Source: an uncultured Actinomycetes bacterium (GTDB lineage: Bacteria; Actinomycetota; UBA4738; HRBIN12). From it: a stretch of DNA of 64,000 bases. The translations under genes and the position numbers were made by a program. The notes beneath the pieces are model-generated. The model was not told the origin of the DNA. It did not search any database and worked only from the letters and a program-made list of their open reading frames with translations. How positions within the stretch are numbered: position 1 is the first letter of the stretch; the number at the start of each line of letters is the position of its first letter. The stretch is from positions 236,624 to 300,623 of the forward strand of contig CAVSXK010000024.1 of assembly GCA_963731925.1 (NCBI GenBank), written 5' to 3'. Shown piece after piece: positions 61,451 to 64,000 of the stretch.

Positions 61451-62255
61451 GCTCCACCTCCTTCGCCAGGTGTTCGTGGATGTCGAGCACGACCTTGGCC
61501 ACCAGCACGTCCTCGAAGCTGCGCGGGCGCGGCGTCGAGATGCGGTACTCCTCGAGCGGGGTCCCCGGACGCGCCGACAGGACGATCACACGATCGGCGA
61601 GGAAGACCGCCTCTCGAACGTTGTGCGTGACGAACACGAACGTGTTGCCGAGCTCGGTCCACACGAGCTGCAGCTCCTTCTGCAGGATCTCGCGCATCTG
61701 GGCGTCGAGAGCGCCGAACGGCTCGTCCGCAAGGAGCACGTCGGGCTGGCAGGCGAGGGCCCGCGCGAGGGCGGCCCGATGGCGCATGCCACCCGAGAGC
61801 TCGTGCGGTTGCAGGTCGGCGAACGCCGAGAGGTGGACCTTCGCGAGCCAGCCGTCGGCCGTGTCGTGGGTCTCCCCGGGTCCGAGCCCCGTCAGCCGGA
61901 GCGCGTACTCGACGTTCTGGCGAACGCTGAGCCACGGGAAGAGCGCAGGGTCCTGGAACAGGAGCGCGCGATCGGGCCCGGGCTCGACGATCGGGCGGCC
62001 GTCGATCAGGACCTGCCCCTCGTCGGGCAGCTCGAGCCCCGCCAGCAGGCTCAGGATCGTCGACTTGCCGCACCCGGACGGGCCGATCAGGCAGACGAAC
62101 TCTCCCGTGGCCACGTCGAACGAGACGTCCTCGAGCGCGGCGATCCTCGCTCCCGAGCCGGTCGTGTAGGACTTGCGGACACCGCGCACCGAGAGCTTGA
62201 CCGGCCGGTCGGCCGGCTCGGGAACGATCGACAGGGCGGCGCGGGACGAGGTCAT
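61410..62255 (-). CDS. NitT/TauB/SsuB-type ABC ATP-binding protein
   Basis: GPSGCGKST, FQDPALFPWL, LSGGM, DEPFGALD. Confidence 0.9.
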   Translation of the reverse strand: MTSSRAALSIVPEPADRPVKLSVRGVRKSYTTGSGARIAALEDVSFDVATGEFVCLIGPSGCGKSTILSLLAGLELPDEGQVLIDGRPIVEPGPDRALLFQDPALFPWLSVRQNVEYALRLTGLGPGETHDTADGWLAKVHLSAFADLQPHELSGGMRHRAALARALACQPDVLLADEPFGALDAQMREILQKELQLVWTELGNTFVFVTHNVREAVFLADRVIVLSARPGTPLEEYRISTPRPRSFEDVLVAKVVLDIHEHLAKEVERAAREEGLRPGLA

Positions 62256-62470
62256 CGGAGCCTGATCTTCTCGGCGGTCTCGATCTGCACGACCTTCCCG
62301 TCCTGCACGACGATCAACACGGTGCCGAACCTGATCGAGCGGAGGCTGCCGCGCACGCGCCGGATGACCTCGAGCTCGTCATCGGTGAGCTCGAGCCGGC
62401 CCGGGGGCGGCGCCTCCTCGCTCGATCCGGACGGCTCGGGGATCTCGGCGGCGTGGCGGGACGCGCTCAC
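62252..62470 (-). CDS. YezD (DUF2292) family small protein
   Basis: LRSIRFGTVLIVVQDGKVVQIETAEKIRL; GTGA overlap with cysA. Confidence 0.8.
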   Translation of the reverse strand: MSASRHAAEIPEPSGSSEEAPPPGRLELTDDELEVIRRVRGSLRSIRFGTVLIVVQDGKVVQIETAEKIRLR

Positions 62471-63585
62471 GGCCCGGAGACGACCCCGGTCACGTCCACC
62501 ATCTCGGACCCCGACGCCTCCCCATCGGCCGAGCGGAACGCCTTCGCCCGCCGGAGGTCGACGTGGACGGTCGAGCCGAGCTCCACGCCACCCAACTCGT
62601 CGTTGGGAAGCTCGGCGATCAACACCTGGTCGTCGGGCAGCCGCAGGACGACCCGAGAGAGCCACCCGAGGTTGACCACGCGTTCCACCGTGGCGGGCAA
62701 GGACCCGTTCTGCGGCGTGGTCTTGACGCGAACGTCGTGCGGTCTGATGAACGCCCTTGCCGACTCACCTTCCACGAGGTGACCGGCGCCGGCGACGCGG
62801 TGGTCGCCGAACTGCACATGGCCTTCGACGACGTGCCCGTGCAGGACGCTCGATGAGCCGACGAAGCCCGCGACGAACGGCGTGGCCGGCTCGTCGTAGA
62901 CCTCGTCGGGCGAACCGACCTGCTCGACCCGGCCCTCGTGCATCACGACGATCCGGTTCGCGAGCTCGAGCGCCTCGTCCTGGTCGTGGGTCACCAACAG
63001 GCTGGTGACGCCGAGCTCCTGGTGGAGGTCGTCGAGCCATCGCCGAAGCTCTTGCCGGACCCTGGCGTCCAGCGCGCCGAACGGCTCGTCCAAGAGCAGG
63101 ACCTTCGGCTGGGGCGCGAGGGCGCGAGCGAGCGCGACGCGCTGGCGCTGACCGCCGGACAGCTGGTCGGGGTAGCGGTCGCGGAACCCCGTGAGCTGCA
63201 CCAGCTCGAGGAGATCCTGGACGCGTTCGCGCTGCTGGCTCTTGGGCTGCTTGCGCACCGACAGACCGAACGCGACGTTCTGCGACACCGTCATGTGGCG
63301 GAACAGCGCGAAGTGCTGGAAGACGAACCCGACCCGCCGCTCCTGCACGGTCTTGAAGGTGTGCTCCTCGCCCTCCATCCAGATCCGCCCCGACGTGGGT
63401 TCCTCGAGCCCGGCGATCATCCGGAGCACGGTGCTCTTGCCCGAACCGCTCGGGCCGAGGAGCGCGGTGATGCTTCCCGCCTCGGCCGTGAACGTCACGT
63501 CCTTCACCGCCTCGAACGCGCCGAATCGCTTCCAAAGGTTCTCGACCCGGATCGGCGTGCCCGGCATCTCGTGAGTGCCCGTCAT
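62467..63585 (-). CDS. cysA: Sulfate/thiosulfate ABC ATP-binding protein
   Basis: GPSGSGKST, FVFQHFALFRHMTV, LSGGQRQRVALARALA, TOBE C-terminus; follows cysW. Confidence 0.88.
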   Translation of the reverse strand: MTGTHEMPGTPIRVENLWKRFGAFEAVKDVTFTAEAGSITALLGPSGSGKSTVLRMIAGLEEPTSGRIWMEGEEHTFKTVQERRVGFVFQHFALFRHMTVSQNVAFGLSVRKQPKSQQRERVQDLLELVQLTGFRDRYPDQLSGGQRQRVALARALAPQPKVLLLDEPFGALDARVRQELRRWLDDLHQELGVTSLLVTHDQDEALELANRIVVMHEGRVEQVGSPDEVYDEPATPFVAGFVGSSSVLHGHVVEGHVQFGDHRVAGAGHLVEGESARAFIRPHDVRVKTTPQNGSLPATVERVVNLGWLSRVVLRLPDDQVLIAELPNDELGGVELGSTVHVDLRRAKAFRSADGEASGSEMVDVTGVVSGP

Positions 63586-64000
63586 GTCCGCTGCATCCTC
63601 TCCTGCCGCCGCTTGAACGTCTCGATCAAGACTAGAAGGACGACGGAGACGAGCGCCAGGGTGAGCGCGACGACGAACCCCGGATCGTCCTGGAACTGGT
63701 CGAAGGCACGGAGCACGTAGAGCGTCGCCGTCTCGGTCTGGCCGGTGATCTGCCCGCTCACGATCAGGACCGCGCCGATCTCCCCGATCGACCGGGCGGT
63801 GGTGAGCGCGATCCCGTACAGGAGCCCCCAGCGGATGTTCTTCAGCGTCACGCGGAAGAACGTCTGCAGCGACGACGCGCCCAGCGTGCGGGCCGCCTCC
63901 TCCTCGGTGATGCCAACTTCCTGGAGCACGGGGACGACCTCGCGGATCACGAACGGGATGCAGATGAAGATCGTGACGAGCACCATCGACGGCAGCGCGA
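63582..64000 (-). CDS. cysW: Sulfate ABC permease CysW (partial, starts beyond the window)
   Basis: PFVIREVVPVL, EEAARTLGAS, NIRWGLLYG, ARSIGEIGAV. Confidence 0.88.
   Translation of the reverse strand, partial: ALPSMVLVTIFICIPFVIREVVPVLQEVGITEEEAARTLGASSLQTFFRVTLKNIRWGLLYGIALTTARSIGEIGAVLIVSGQITGQTETATLYVLRAFDQFQDDPGFVVALTLALVSVVLLVLIETFKRRQERMQRT

Overview
High-GC Actinomycetota chromosomal segment, probably from a deep-branching class (large Alu-type SRP RNA, actinobacterial gene order) and probably a long-read assembly, because many otherwise ordinary genes carry single-base frameshifts. The core backbone is tadA - 2x tRNA-Ser - ffs - dnaX - recR - ask - asd, plus speB, pncB and cysW/cysA. 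Accessory modules are: (i) a TetR-linked, leaderless lipid operon (fatty acyl-CoA reductase/HAD fusion, Zn-dehydrogenase, LarA-fold protein, acyltransferase) that looks like a rearranged myxobacterial Elb ether-lipid cluster; (ii) a LexA-box DUF222/HNH gene; (iii) a lower-GC island with a Crp regulator, a 1056-aa secreted isopeptide-domain protein and a start-less divergent copy of one of its domains; (iv) an unexplained divergent catabolic locus (43-60.6 kb) whose sugar-type ABC permease is fused in frame to a metal-dependent amidohydrolase, facing an M24 enzyme, TPP E1 alpha/beta without E2/E3, a bicupin, an SDR and a beta-hydroxyacid dehydrogenase. The fusion and its XRE-cupin regulator sit in a ~3.2-kb diverged tandem duplication. 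No CRISPR array, integrase or prophage was seen. All family calls come from motif recognition by eye, not database searches.
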